Source: Phoronis australis
Taxonomy: Eukaryota > Animalia > Phoronida
Length of the DNA stretch: 64,000 nucleotides
Direction of reading: 5' to 3'
Assembly (NCBI GenBank): GCA_002633005.1
Contig: NMRA01000172.1
Span: 207,866 to 271,865, forward strand
A program made the position numbers and the translations under genes. The notes under the pieces were generated by a model. That model made no database searches. It saw only the letters and a list, made by a program, of their open reading frames with translations, and was not told the DNA's origin. Positions 51,431 through 62,850 of this stretch are shown in pieces. Within the stretch, counting starts at the first letter, position 1, and each line of letters starts with the position of its first letter.

Positions 51431-52878
51431 TCGGTCGAACTGCAAATGAATGGGAATTTAAACAAATCTTCAACTTATACGTTTGTTTTCACAAGTTTTG
51501 AACACCTAATAAGTTTTACAAATCGAGAGAGGTATGCCCTTTAAGACACATGGAGCACGTATGGTTCTAAGTGGGAGGTTGGTTTATGAAATAGTTTCTA
51601 ACACTTTTCAGCAAAACAACGATCAGAGCATCTGGGCCAGGGGTCTAATCTTTTTACTCGAAGCTGTATTTTAAAGATTTTGCGTTCTACTTCAGTACGA
51701 ACTCAAAATAAATGTTCATTATTCAGAGCTCGTATAACATGATTTTCGTGACCGATTACGTAATCCCAATTTGCGGACAAGCGGGTACGATGCACCGCAA
51801 CATAGCGGCATTCGCTCTGCAGATGAACCACTGACGTCACCTTCCTCACAGGTTAACGCGACACCTCTTTGCAAGGGAAGGTCGACTGTATGCGAGGCAA
51901 TGTGGATATAGACCGATCAAGACGGCAAAAAGACTAATTAAATCGGGTGACATTCTCCTTTAAGAAGACTAAATGGGACTCCCTGACTTCGTGAGGACTG
52001 GCAGGGACAGGGTGGCCTAGTAACTTCATTAAGTATCGACCTCGCCGTGTGCGTCGCGCTGCGATTCGATCTTGAGATGGATTTTATGAATTGTGTCATG
52101 GCTGATAATTCATCAGTATTCCTACTTCATTTCATTTTAAAATGCAAGTGCGTACTCATTTTAAGACATGCGGGCAATTTCGCATGCGCATGAAATCTGA
52201 CTACCGTTTCTAGTTGTGCTGGCCAGCTGGAGACGGTGGTCACTGTCTACAAACAAAGTGTTTTAGTGCCCGGGCGTTGTTTTTGGTATAGGTGCATCTA
52301 ATAGCCGAAAAATTGTTTGTTTTAGCATGTAGGCTAAAAGTTTAAAAATCACACATCTGAGTTTGAAAGTTTAGATATTTTTGGAGCGGTGAATCTTCGG
52401 AGTGGTGAATCGTCGAAGTAGTGAACCTTAATTCGGAATAGTGAGCCTTCCGAGTAGTAAACCTTCGAAATAGTGGGGTGTCCCCCTTCCAGCGTTGTAA
52501 GCAACTTCAGTAACACGCTAAAATACAACCAGAAAACAATTTTGTTAACTCATTCGCCGACTAAACTTCATATTTCCGTCTGAGTATGCAATGAGGTGTA
52601 ATCACTCATTTAAAGGCGAAGGCAACCTTTTTCCATGTCACTTTGAGCTAAAATAAGGTTGGTTGGTTATCCTAGACATATTTTCCACTTAATTACAGCT
52701 TTTCGTAAATTTATTAATTACTCGTCCGCTCTTCCGGAAGTGACGTTTTAGGAGGCAAGCATTTCGCGCCAATTTCTTTTCATATAGTTTGACTATGAGA
52801 GCTGCCAAGTCAGTCATTGTTCTACCTCGGTTGTGTTAAGATCCGTCGTCGTTTGCTTTCATTTACTAGTCAGTCAAT

Positions 52879-53660
52879 ATGCCACACTGTTGCTGCGTAC
52901 CAGGATATACTAATTATCGGCTCACGCGCAGTTTGGGAGTACCTTTGCATCGCTTTCCGATGGATGACACACTTCGCCGTACTTGGTTCGGTCGCGTGAA
53001 GAACGCAGCGTTACCCGTCCACGCAGCGTACAAAGCAGTGGAGAATTACCGTGTGTGTGGCAAGCACTTTCTGCCGTCCGATTACGAAAGGGATTTGTAC
53101 GCTAAACTGATGAAGGTCCCTGCGAAACAACGTCTGAAGAAGGTTGTCATTCCGTCTGTGTTGATTCCCGGCAGTGCCCCGTCGCCACTCTCCTAGAAGT
53201 GCGTATTTGAAGCGAGAAGCCTCGCGAGCTGTGGCCAGTACAGTGACTGGAGCCAGTGGAGGCACTTCATCTACTGTCACCCGTGCCTCCGAACGTACCC
53301 CAGAGCGTGCAATTCCTGGAACCAGTAGTGATTCGCTCTGTGCTTTTTCTCCAGAGCCTCTAAGCAGCCCTGCAGCGATATTGAGTAGTGGGAGTGATTA
53401 CAGGCTCAGTTCGACACCCAGTGAAGAGGACAGTTGGTTGTCCAGTGAACAGATCGGTGAGCCAAACTTTGATAAGTTTATTGTGGACTTGTCTAAAGTG
53501 TTGGAGCTATTTAGAAGGTGCCAGGTGTGTGGCGAGGGAGTCACACGACACGATGTAAGCAGTTTGGGTGCTCAGGTCACCATCCAGTGGGAGTGTGTCG
53601 CGGGACACTCTGGCAAGTGGGACAGTTGTTCCTCTGTCCGTGGTATGCCGGAGGTCCACT
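52879..53660 (+). pseudogene. THAP-domain transposase N-terminal fragment (frameshifted, truncated)
   Basis: THAP signature MPHCCCVPG(Y)..LHRFP..W..VCGKHF..LKKVVIPSV (second Zn Cys replaced by Tyr); after a frameshift near 53175-53195 continues with S-rich linker and KFIVDLSKVLELFRRCQVCG..WECVAGHSGKWDS; no DDE core follows. Confidence 0.8.
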
Positions 53661-53967
53661 TAACCATGTCCAGTAGTGGCTTGGCCTCGTCGAACTCTGA
53701 ACAGCACAAGCATTCCATTGAGGTAGGCATAACAACGCACACAGTGCATTTGCACCAAGATGTGTCACCACGTCTGTCCTCAGTAGCCGCCTCGTTTCTC
53801 TCAACAGCTGCCTGTGCCTGTGCGTACTCTGCCTCGTTATACTCGGGCTCAAACATGTACCCACCCACTGAATGTCCGTGAAAAAATTCCTCGTCACCAC
53901 TGCTGTGAACAAGGTCTCCGTCACTCACACTACTGTCACTGTGATACGGGTCACCGACTCCAGCCAT
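53660..53967 (-). pseudogene. Accessory-ORF fragment with P2X7 C-terminal ballast-like Cys cluster (KolX-like)
   Basis: MAGVGD..acidic..YMFEPEY..RRGDTSWCKCTVCVVMPTSMECLCCSE matches the WCxCxxC..M....ECxCCxE zinc-cysteine pattern of P2X7 intracellular-domain-like proteins; truncated near 53660. Confidence 0.75.
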
Positions 53968-54754
53968 TTTCAGCTTACAACACACTAAACAATCCCTAAA
54001 TCCAACGTAGTTGAGTTCTCTACTAACCTATCTTGCCGCAGAATACTCGCCGATAGAAAGTGGTGGCGACAATTGTTGAAAAACAGCACACAACAAAAGT
54101 AGAATAGAACAGATTCGCACGGTAAAGTCAACGCAAAACCAAGTGGCGGGAAACGCTTGCCTCCTAAAACGTCACTTCTGGAGTAGCGGACGAGTAATCT
54201 ATAAAATTACGAAAAGCTGTAATTAAGTGGAAAATATGTCTAGGATAACCAACCAACCTTATTTTAGCTCAAAATGACATGGAAAAGGTTGCCTTCGCCT
54301 TTCAGCAGGGCTGATTTGAAACTTTGGCAGGAAATAACGCGAGAATGTTCTCTTTTTGGACCACATTACATCCTAATTTGTGTCCCGTTCTTTGCGAGCA
54401 ACCGTCACAGCATCCTCGTTTCTGATATTACAAATTCCGTCTCATCTCATGAACATGAGTCATCGTTGTGTATACAGATTTCCCTCCCCCCTAATTAAGC
54501 TGCGTCAAAGGCCTTACCGAAAACTCTACAGTGTCGAAGTTTGCAAAATACCAAGATCCACCGTTCTTGAAATTCGAACCACCCCCGCTCAATGCTGGCT
54601 ACGGGCCTAAATAGGATATATGCATTTGAGTAGAGTGATAGGGGCGTCTAAAAAAGTCGCACCTGCATCGACCAAACCTCTGCATTCTACTGCCCCACCG
54701 CTAGCAACGTCTGTAAAGTAATTTTTTTTGCATGCAGAATGTTGCTCGACATTA

Positions 54755-55275
54755 TGCAAATGGTTTCAAGCGGTTACCTCTTGGGTTGATCTAGCTCAAT
54801 TCATGTATTTGAGTGTGTCTGGCAGGGCTAACCCACCACTAGATTTGTCTGGCAGTGTTTATTCGTGATACCTGAGCTTACACTGAACATTTCGGAACTG
54901 CTTGGGTTGATGTAGCTCAATTTTTAACTATTTTTAATAATCGTCTGGTAAGGGCACCCCACCAATGAAATTGTCTGGCATCTTACTGTTGTGCCATGTA
55001 CAGTGATGCTGAACATTGTGCAGTTGGTTTCAAACAGTTACCTGGTGGGTTGACCAAGCTCAACTCGGGTATTTGGACGTGTCTGGCGGGCCTAACACAC
55101 CACTGAAATTGTCTGGCAGTGACCAATTTTGATTCAGTGGATTACGTAGTAGGTATTGTAAGCAGTTTGAAGTGGTTACCAGAAAAGTTAATCTAGCTCA
55201 ACTTTTGAGTGTCATTCTCTTGGCTCCCCTGACCACACCCACCAGAGCGAACCTGCCAGACGGCCATTTCCAAGC
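54755..55275. repeat. Diverged ~135-bp tandem repeat, about 4 units
   Basis: Recurring GGTTACC..GGGTTGA..AGCTCAA..GTCTGG..CACCA..TTGTCTGGCA at ~54760, 54890, 55025, 55165. Confidence 0.75.
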
Positions 55276-55547
55276 ATCAGGATACAGTGTCACCAAAGAA
55301 AATTGGTTACATTTTCATGCCCAAAAAGCTCTGGGATCCCGGTCTACAGGACCCGGGGTCTAATCTTTGTACTCGAAATTGAACTCAAAGTTATTTTTGA
55401 CATTTTTTCATTCTGCCTGCTGCTTTGTGCGAACTCACGATAAGTGTCTATTATTCTGTATATCAAATAATTTATATCATTTATTGTACATCGTAGGCAT
55501 TGCCCATACATAATTACGTAAATTCTAACGTATATTCTTCAGAATAT

Positions 55548-57480
55548 TTAAACAGAGAGCAGTTCTTCTCTTAAAGCCATAGCCTTCTGATTATACAATG
55601 CAAGAAGCAGGATACTGTCATGATTTTTCCGTTGAAATAACCCAACAAGAGAAGATTTAACATTCACAAGCTCTCGTTGAAGATGTTTTCTAAGGTCTCC
55701 AAGAACAGGGCATTGACACATGAAATGAGGCTCATCTTCAATTTCACCCAGATTGTATATGCGGCATATTCTCTCACTTCTAGGAATATCCACATGTCTA
55801 CCTTTTTCTGTATAAGTGAGTGACCCGAACATCGAAACTGCACAAGTAATTCTTCTCGAACAAGCGTTTAAACAATTCACACATTGCTCGCTAACAAGAT
55901 CACGGTTAAGAAGACAGTAAAATTCATATTTATTTGAACAATCTATTTCCAGTTGCCATTCCCGTACGCCAGAATCTAGTAACCTCTGCTTGAATACCAT
56001 AATAAATTCAATACTATTACCTGGGCCAAGTAACCACACTTCTCCATAACCGTACCTTTTCAAAATTTCTCTGACACGGTGTGCCCAGTTATAATTACCG
56101 TTTTCAACTTGTTCCCTAAGCATACTATAGCACTTCAGTGGGTACATATATGTTTTACCATATCAAGTAATTTTATCCATTAGATAATTGGTTTACACAT
56201 TTATTTTATAATTAGCTATTGTCTCCCACGTTCACCGCGAACCATTGCATTCAACGTTTTAATACTCAATCTCAGATTGTATTTTCATAAATCATTGTGA
56301 AGTTGTTCAATTCACAAATTGATGAGCCTCATATTTCTGCACCATGTGTTAATGTGGACATAATCATGGAGTGAAAGAGTTTAAAATGCACTGTAACGGA
56401 AGTAAATTAATTTTGACAGAGTGATTTTAATAACGCTCATTGCTTTTCGAGCTTGGCTTGCAAGTACTCTGCAACAATCTGTCTTGTTTTTATCTACAGG
56501 AGAATGTGATTCCTAGGTACTTGTAGTGCGTTTTGGTATCCATTTTCTTGTTGCCAAAAATCATCTCTCCGTATTTGAAAGTATGCCCCCTCGCTTAAAT
56601 ACCACAACACTTGTTTTCTCCAAATTAACTTGCAAACTCCAATCTAGACAATTTTTTTCGAGGACATTGAGTTTCATCTGTTGCCCAGCAACAGTATTCG
56701 AAACCAGCACAAAATCATCACCAAAAACAGAGATCCTATATCACAACCCGGGGAGACGCGTATGCCTGCGCCTATATTTTTTGTCTAATATCAGACACTG
56801 GTGTGCTAACAAACAGCCAGGGACTTAAAACACAGCCTTGCCGGACGCACAGTTAAAATAGGGCGCGGTCTGTGACTGTACCATAATACACGATTGTACA
56901 GAGTTGTACATACTGCGCAAAATGCTAAACATTTTTCAATGCAAACCTTTGGTTAAAAAGGCATGAAATAAACGGGAAATATCTACTCTATCAAATGCCT
57001 TGCTAAAATCAATGAATACGCAATATACTCTCCGCTTCCGTTTAGTGACGTGTTTCTGGATGATACTCTGTAGGTTAAAAATGTTATCGACTGTAGAATA
57101 CCCAGTCCGGAAGCCTGTCTGTCCTTCCGGGATACATTTCGGATTATTCGACCATTCAACAATCGAATAAAGAATAGTTGTAAACATTTTATTAACTATA
57201 ACGGAGATCCCTCTATACTTATTTGGATTAGTTGGATTAGCTCCGTCTCTCTTTTTGTGACACGACACAATAATACATTTTAACCATCGGACAGTGCCCG
57301 GTATTGAAAATTCTATTAAAAAGAGTTTGTGGAGAAGTTTTACTAGAGCCTCAGGAAAGCTCTCATAGAATTCAGCCAGTACACTGTCTTCTCCGGCAGA
57401 TTTGTTATTTTTTGTTTTTAGTAGCCTTTACTATTTCATCTGCGCTAATATCGGCATTTAGTTCACCCATGTCAAAGGCA
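55548..57480 (-). mobile_element. Degenerate LINE B, uninterrupted paralogous copy
   Basis: NKYRGISV..QTGFRTGYSTVDNIF..FIDFSKAFDRV (56936-57268) and EKGRH..RSERICRIY..EDEPHFMCQCP (55548-56147). Confidence 0.85.
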
Positions 57481-60400
57481 CTGGTTACTCTCACTATGCG
57501 CGTGATTACAACGCTCACACTGTGCGTCAAGCTAAAGTCTGCCATCAAAATTTTCTCTGTTCTGTTAATAGCCGGTCAAACAGGCTACTGAAATAAATTA
57601 TACGGGTGACATCATACTCAAGTACAGAGTAACAGACTCTTAGCTTGGGTTTGCACAAAAAGTAGAACGGGAATTAGTTTCGTGTTCGGACATCAGACCT
57701 CGGACATAGATCTGGTCACTGCTCTGAAATCTCAAAAACGCTGTTTTCTAAATTGTTGTTTTCGTTTTATGACACTTTGATGATTTTCATAGCACCTTAT
57801 ACAAAATTAAGTGTGTTAAAAGCAATAAATTCCTAACAGTGAATTCCATTGCAGAACACAAAGCATTGTATCTGTTCACATGAGTCATTTCTGAGATATG
57901 AAGTTTCGGTTTTCATGACAATAGTCCGAAAGTAGATAAGATTTCGGACTCGGAAGTATTTTTCATATTTTTGCACGTGCAATAATACAAACACTTCGGT
58001 TTATAGTCGCAGTGACGCAGGCCTACCTACCAAAAAAAAAAAAACGCCCACCGGCTACCAAAACGTGCACGAATCGCATTTTTAAGTAGCCCAATATTCC
58101 GAAGTGCAATTCAAGTGCAGCGCGCTACATTTGCTACAATGTTTCGTAAAATGGCATAGGCGGATTTAGGGGTGGGGGACAGGGGACCCGCGCCCCACCC
58201 CCTCTTAGCTGCCACAAAAAATAAAACAACAAGAGCATGAGGAAATGTTGAGTTTATTAGTTAACCTAGGTAATTAACATTATACAGCTTAAACAAGATT
58301 TAACAATGTGTGCAGCTTTAGTTTGTGTGTGCGTGTGTGTGTNACATTAAACGGCTTAAACAAGATTTAGCAATGTGTGCAGATTTGTGTGTGGGGGGGG
58401 GGGGGGCTCAGACCCGATTTCAAGTGTCCGATTCAGACAACCGGCGCAATCGTAACGGAGCTATGGCTAAGTAATGGCGCTCCCGGTCGATATGTGCGTG
58501 ATATCCCAAGCGACCGGCAGTGGCGCTGCGCACTAGCACTCCGTTTGCGTCGTCTGCTCCGTGCAAACATTACTTTCATTTTTTTCTGAGTGAAGATGAA
58601 GAAACAGAAGCTGCTGGTAAGATGTAAATTTTAATCGAAGCCCCAATGAATCATTCAATAACTCATAATTCTCTCTTTGTTATACATTAAAACTAAGACG
58701 ATTTCCAAAGCAAGCGCGTCATTGGTTAATGCCAACACGAAAAACGGATTCGGTCCTTTGGGCAACTGAAGACTATTTTTAACACAACATGTTACAAACC
58801 GATTGCACAAAATATAAAGCATGTAATAAGCATTACAAAAAGAAACAGGTTTAGCGCGTAAACGCTGTGGACTATAAACAAGTATGTTCATGTATTGTAG
58901 TGTAAGTGGAAGCACGGTGGTGCAGTAGTAGCGCGCGCGCTCAGGCAGACGATGCGTGAGTTGAAGTCCGTGGCATTAAGACTTTTTCTAGATGGACACG
59001 CTGTTTTTTTCCTTTCTTTGATAATACTTCAGAAATCAAGGAAAATGCTTGTTTTTAGAGGCAAAAACAAAATTTCCTCCTGGGCAGTAGGGGGAAAGCT
59101 CCCCTCCCGACCTCCCCAAATTCGGTGCTACTGATGCGCCTCTACAACCGTGCTTTACGCGATTCCGCCTTCTGAGACAAAATTTTGGACCCCCGCCTTA
59201 TGATATCCTAGATCCGCCACTGTAATGCCCACAAAAATTGCAGTTTAATGCTTTATGGTCGAGTGCCACTGAGTGAGTAGACCTCTAGTGCACCTTCGGA
59301 CTAGTGCACCTTCGTACAAGTGCACCTTCGGACTCAGTAGTGCACCTTCCGGACTCAGTCTGAGTGCACCTTCGGATTAGTGAGCTACTGCGGACGTTTC
59401 GAATTGGAACATTTACCTATCGAGAGTCCAACAATTAACCGTAAGCTAAGGCGCAGCGGCTACATTAAACCCGCACAGTGTCTATTACAATCACAAACGA
59501 CGTAAACTCATCGTTGATCATAGATACAGGTTCTATAGTTTATGCGTTGATAACATATCCAGTGCTCTGCGGCAAGGTCGACATACGGGTGATCTCGTCA
59601 TCGTTGTGACGACGACTTGTCCGTTTTGCAGAGGCCGTGGCCTGTTTATTCGACACTTTTCCGTTTTGGGAATTGTCTTGTTTATTTTCTTTAAAGCTAA
59701 GCAATTTGTTTGTCGGTAGGTTTCGCTTCCCATACACTCATTCTGCTCAGAAACGAATGGCAGACGGGAGTAATCACAAAGTGACCGTGTTACACTGAAT
59801 ACGACCGTCCTCGGCATGATGCACAGCCGGCTATCGATAAAAATGCCACTGTTTTGCATTTCACAAGTTAAATTTAATTCAATTATCATATCAATAAGAA
59901 AATATCAGTTTGCATCAGTAATTCTTCATAACGGTGTGTAGTCCTATGAGTTGTTTCAACTAGCACCCGCTAACACTGAACGTACTTACCGGCTCAAGAC
60001 GAAACCCTGACAACTGACTGGTGTTGGCCTACTTAGCTTGACTGATAAATATCGCCGTAGCTCAGTGACCCGCGAGCGGCGACTGAAGTAGCGGTCAGGG
60101 TCGCAGCCCTATACCGGTTCCGGCCTCTACAATCGGTTAGGCAACGGAATCATGCCTCATGGGCTTCAAGGCCGGCACTCCGGCTCTCAGGGTCGGGTGC
60201 TTACCTTTCAAATGTGATCAATAGCCCCCGGCAGTAATTTGCTGGAAATTGAGACTCGAACTAGCTACAGACGCATGACTAGTATAAAACACGTACACCC
60301 GGCCGAAAAATCAACTGAAGTTCATGACTCAGTTGAATGTGATCCGGCGTGAGGGACATTTACTAACTGGCCCAGTTTGAAACCATGATATTGTCTCAGT

Positions 60401-62850
60401 CGGTATAAAGAAACATATTGGTCGGAGCTAGTTTAGTACACCAACAAACTGCTTCACATGGGCGGATCCAGGATTTTGAGTAATGGGGGGGGGGGGTAGC
60501 AAAGTATTGGGCAGGATTTTTCCCGTCAGACATTCGCACTGCCGAGAATTTTAGGGGGTCGGGCGCCCGCTTAGTGGCCCCCCTTGAATACGCCACTGCT
60601 TCAGCTGAGGTTTAGATTGTCTTGTTTTTTTTACTTTTTACTTATCTTTATATGACAATATTTCAGTTACTTTTACAAGCTACTGTATTACCGACTGAGC
60701 GCACTTTTCACCTGAGCAACGGTCACTCGATCCCATAGACATCTTATACTGTGATGTCTATATCCCATAGACATCTTATCGTGACTGTGATGTCTATATG
60801 CTCAATCCATTGCGAGCCAGCAACAATGTCGTACACAGTACTTTGCGACAACCGTAAAGCAACTGCGATATGCTAATAAGACTCGGGTTCAAGATTCCTA
60901 ACCGGTGATTCGTTTGTTGAATGACATCACTGGTCAAACGGTACCACAGGTAAGCGCTGGTGTAAGGCGGTTTTGTTGTGTTCGTTTACCAGTTCAACTT
61001 ATATATTCAAAAACATTTAATTAAAGCTATAATCGTGCCAATATAGACATGTCTTTTTATGTCTGCTAAACCTAAGCAGCGATTTAAGTTGAAAACTCAA
61101 AGCGCGAGTTACAAACAGGTAACCGCCATGTTACAAAGTATTGACCTACTTATTTAGCATAGTTTGTCGATCCACTTTTAGTCCGAGTTTGAATTTCATC
61201 AACTGAGGCATTTGGTAATTTGGTTTCTACCTAAAAGTCCACCATGTTTATGTGAAGTACATTTTTGACTTTCTTTGTATAGAACACGAGTTATAAAATT
61301 CTAATTCTGCAAAGGAAATGCAATTGCTGAAAATCTACAGGTGTTCAAAAACTTGGGAATCCTTGTAGATGGGTGAGAACCAGTTTCATCCATTGAATAA
61401 CGAGCTCGTTATTCAGTGACTGCATGATTCTGTGTCCGACCAGTGCCGTAGATGGGACTAGATGCCGAAGGCGCAGTGCCCCGTAGGACATTTATTGGTG
61501 GATCTGCTGTTCGTGAACTTAGAATTTTGCTGAATCTCAAGATCGCGTATGCGTGAACTTGGAATACACGAGGAAACTTGAGTACCTCATTCAAATAATA
61601 ACGTCCAGGTCGCTAAAAATTTGCACTATACGAAATCAAGTTACATTTTAATGAAATAACGTAAATACTAACCAACTTTTTTCAACTATTGGCTATCTTA
61701 TTCACCAAACAATAAGTGACACATTCCTTCGATTCTTTGACACAAGTTATGGTAAAGGAGAAAATGGGTGTTCATGAGACCAATAATTACAAAAATTCCT
61801 TACACTGAACAAAAAACTTCACCTGATTGCCCAAATGAATATTCGTTTCCGAGTTCACGCTTACGCGATCTTGAGATTAAGCAGGATTCCAAGTTCACGT
61901 ACAACAGATCAACTAACAAGCACTAGCCTAGCTGTGCTGAAGTTGTGTGCTACTTACCTGCTGTGCAATGGGTAGTAGGCTAGGGTCTGTTGCTATTGAT
62001 GCTATCATGGCTGTACTTATGAGAATAGCCATCAGGCTCTAGAGGCATCAACTTCATCAAATGGACAATTATAAGGCCCCATGTTTGAATTGGGCCATTG
62101 AAGCTGGCTACAGCTTGAACTCTCCAAGTACCGAAGGCAAAGTTAAAAGAATAGAAATTTAATAATAGTACTGCAGCCTACAGTATACTGCAACAAAACT
62201 CCAGTCACACTCATTGTCAACATAAAACATCAGAAGGTATTGTAAAACAAAAGCAATGTAATGCCTAGTAAGGTAAACCCAGCAGGTCTGCCTATGTCTG
62301 TGGGTCTGTGGCCTTCAATGGTTCAGATAGAGGTGATTGAGTGTCTGCGGAGGGTTTCAGGGGGGGGGGGGGNGGGGGGGGGGGGTGGATTCCTGGTAAA
62401 TTGCACTACAGGGCTTATAATTTTCCTCTTCTAAAAGGATTTCCATTTTTTTTGGTTTTGATTTCGTCTTGTTTGATTTCCAGTTTCCTCTTTTTTGTCT
62501 CTTTTTATCATTATCAATTGACTTGCAACCAAAGTTTATTTCAGTTAAATTTTACATCAAAAATATTTCTATTACAAAAACTTATGTGTTTGGAAAATTT
62601 TCCTCTTTTTTGCCATTGGTTATTCCAAGCCTGGACACTACTCTCACTTTGTCCACAGATTTTTCCCAAGAATTGAGGCATTTTTGTGGCTACGGTATGA
62701 CACCAGAGAGCTTCGCAATGGTTTATCTGCCATTTGATGCAGTGCTAAGTATAATTTGACCAGGTTTTAATTAACCTGCTTAAATTGCCAATATTTACTT
62801 CCTAATATGCTTAATTATTTCAAACGTTCATATCCCATCTGTAGAACAAT

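Larger units (their letters stand above)
52614..54300 (+). mobile_element. Kolobok-type DNA transposon, internally deleted non-autonomous copy
   Basis: ~158-bp terminal inverted repeats (52614-~52771 / ~54143-54300) with termini AGGCGAAGG...CCTTCGCCT; flanks TTAA (52610-13) and TTCA (54301-04); two convergent truncated ORFs inside. Confidence 0.85.
43939..59740. repeat. Segmental duplication unit 2
   Basis: Colinear with 23958-39380; copy-specific insertions at 47807-48052, ~51775-55340 and 58155-59222. Confidence 0.9.

Noticed and set aside
53572-53881. Long overlapping antisense ORFs as a genuine bidirectional gene
   Set aside because: Explained by an internal deletion fusing two convergent transposon ORFs that read through into each other's antisense strand.
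62359-62388. G-run as a G-quadruplex element
   Set aside because: Homopolymer containing an N (62373); length unreliable, as at 7981-8019.
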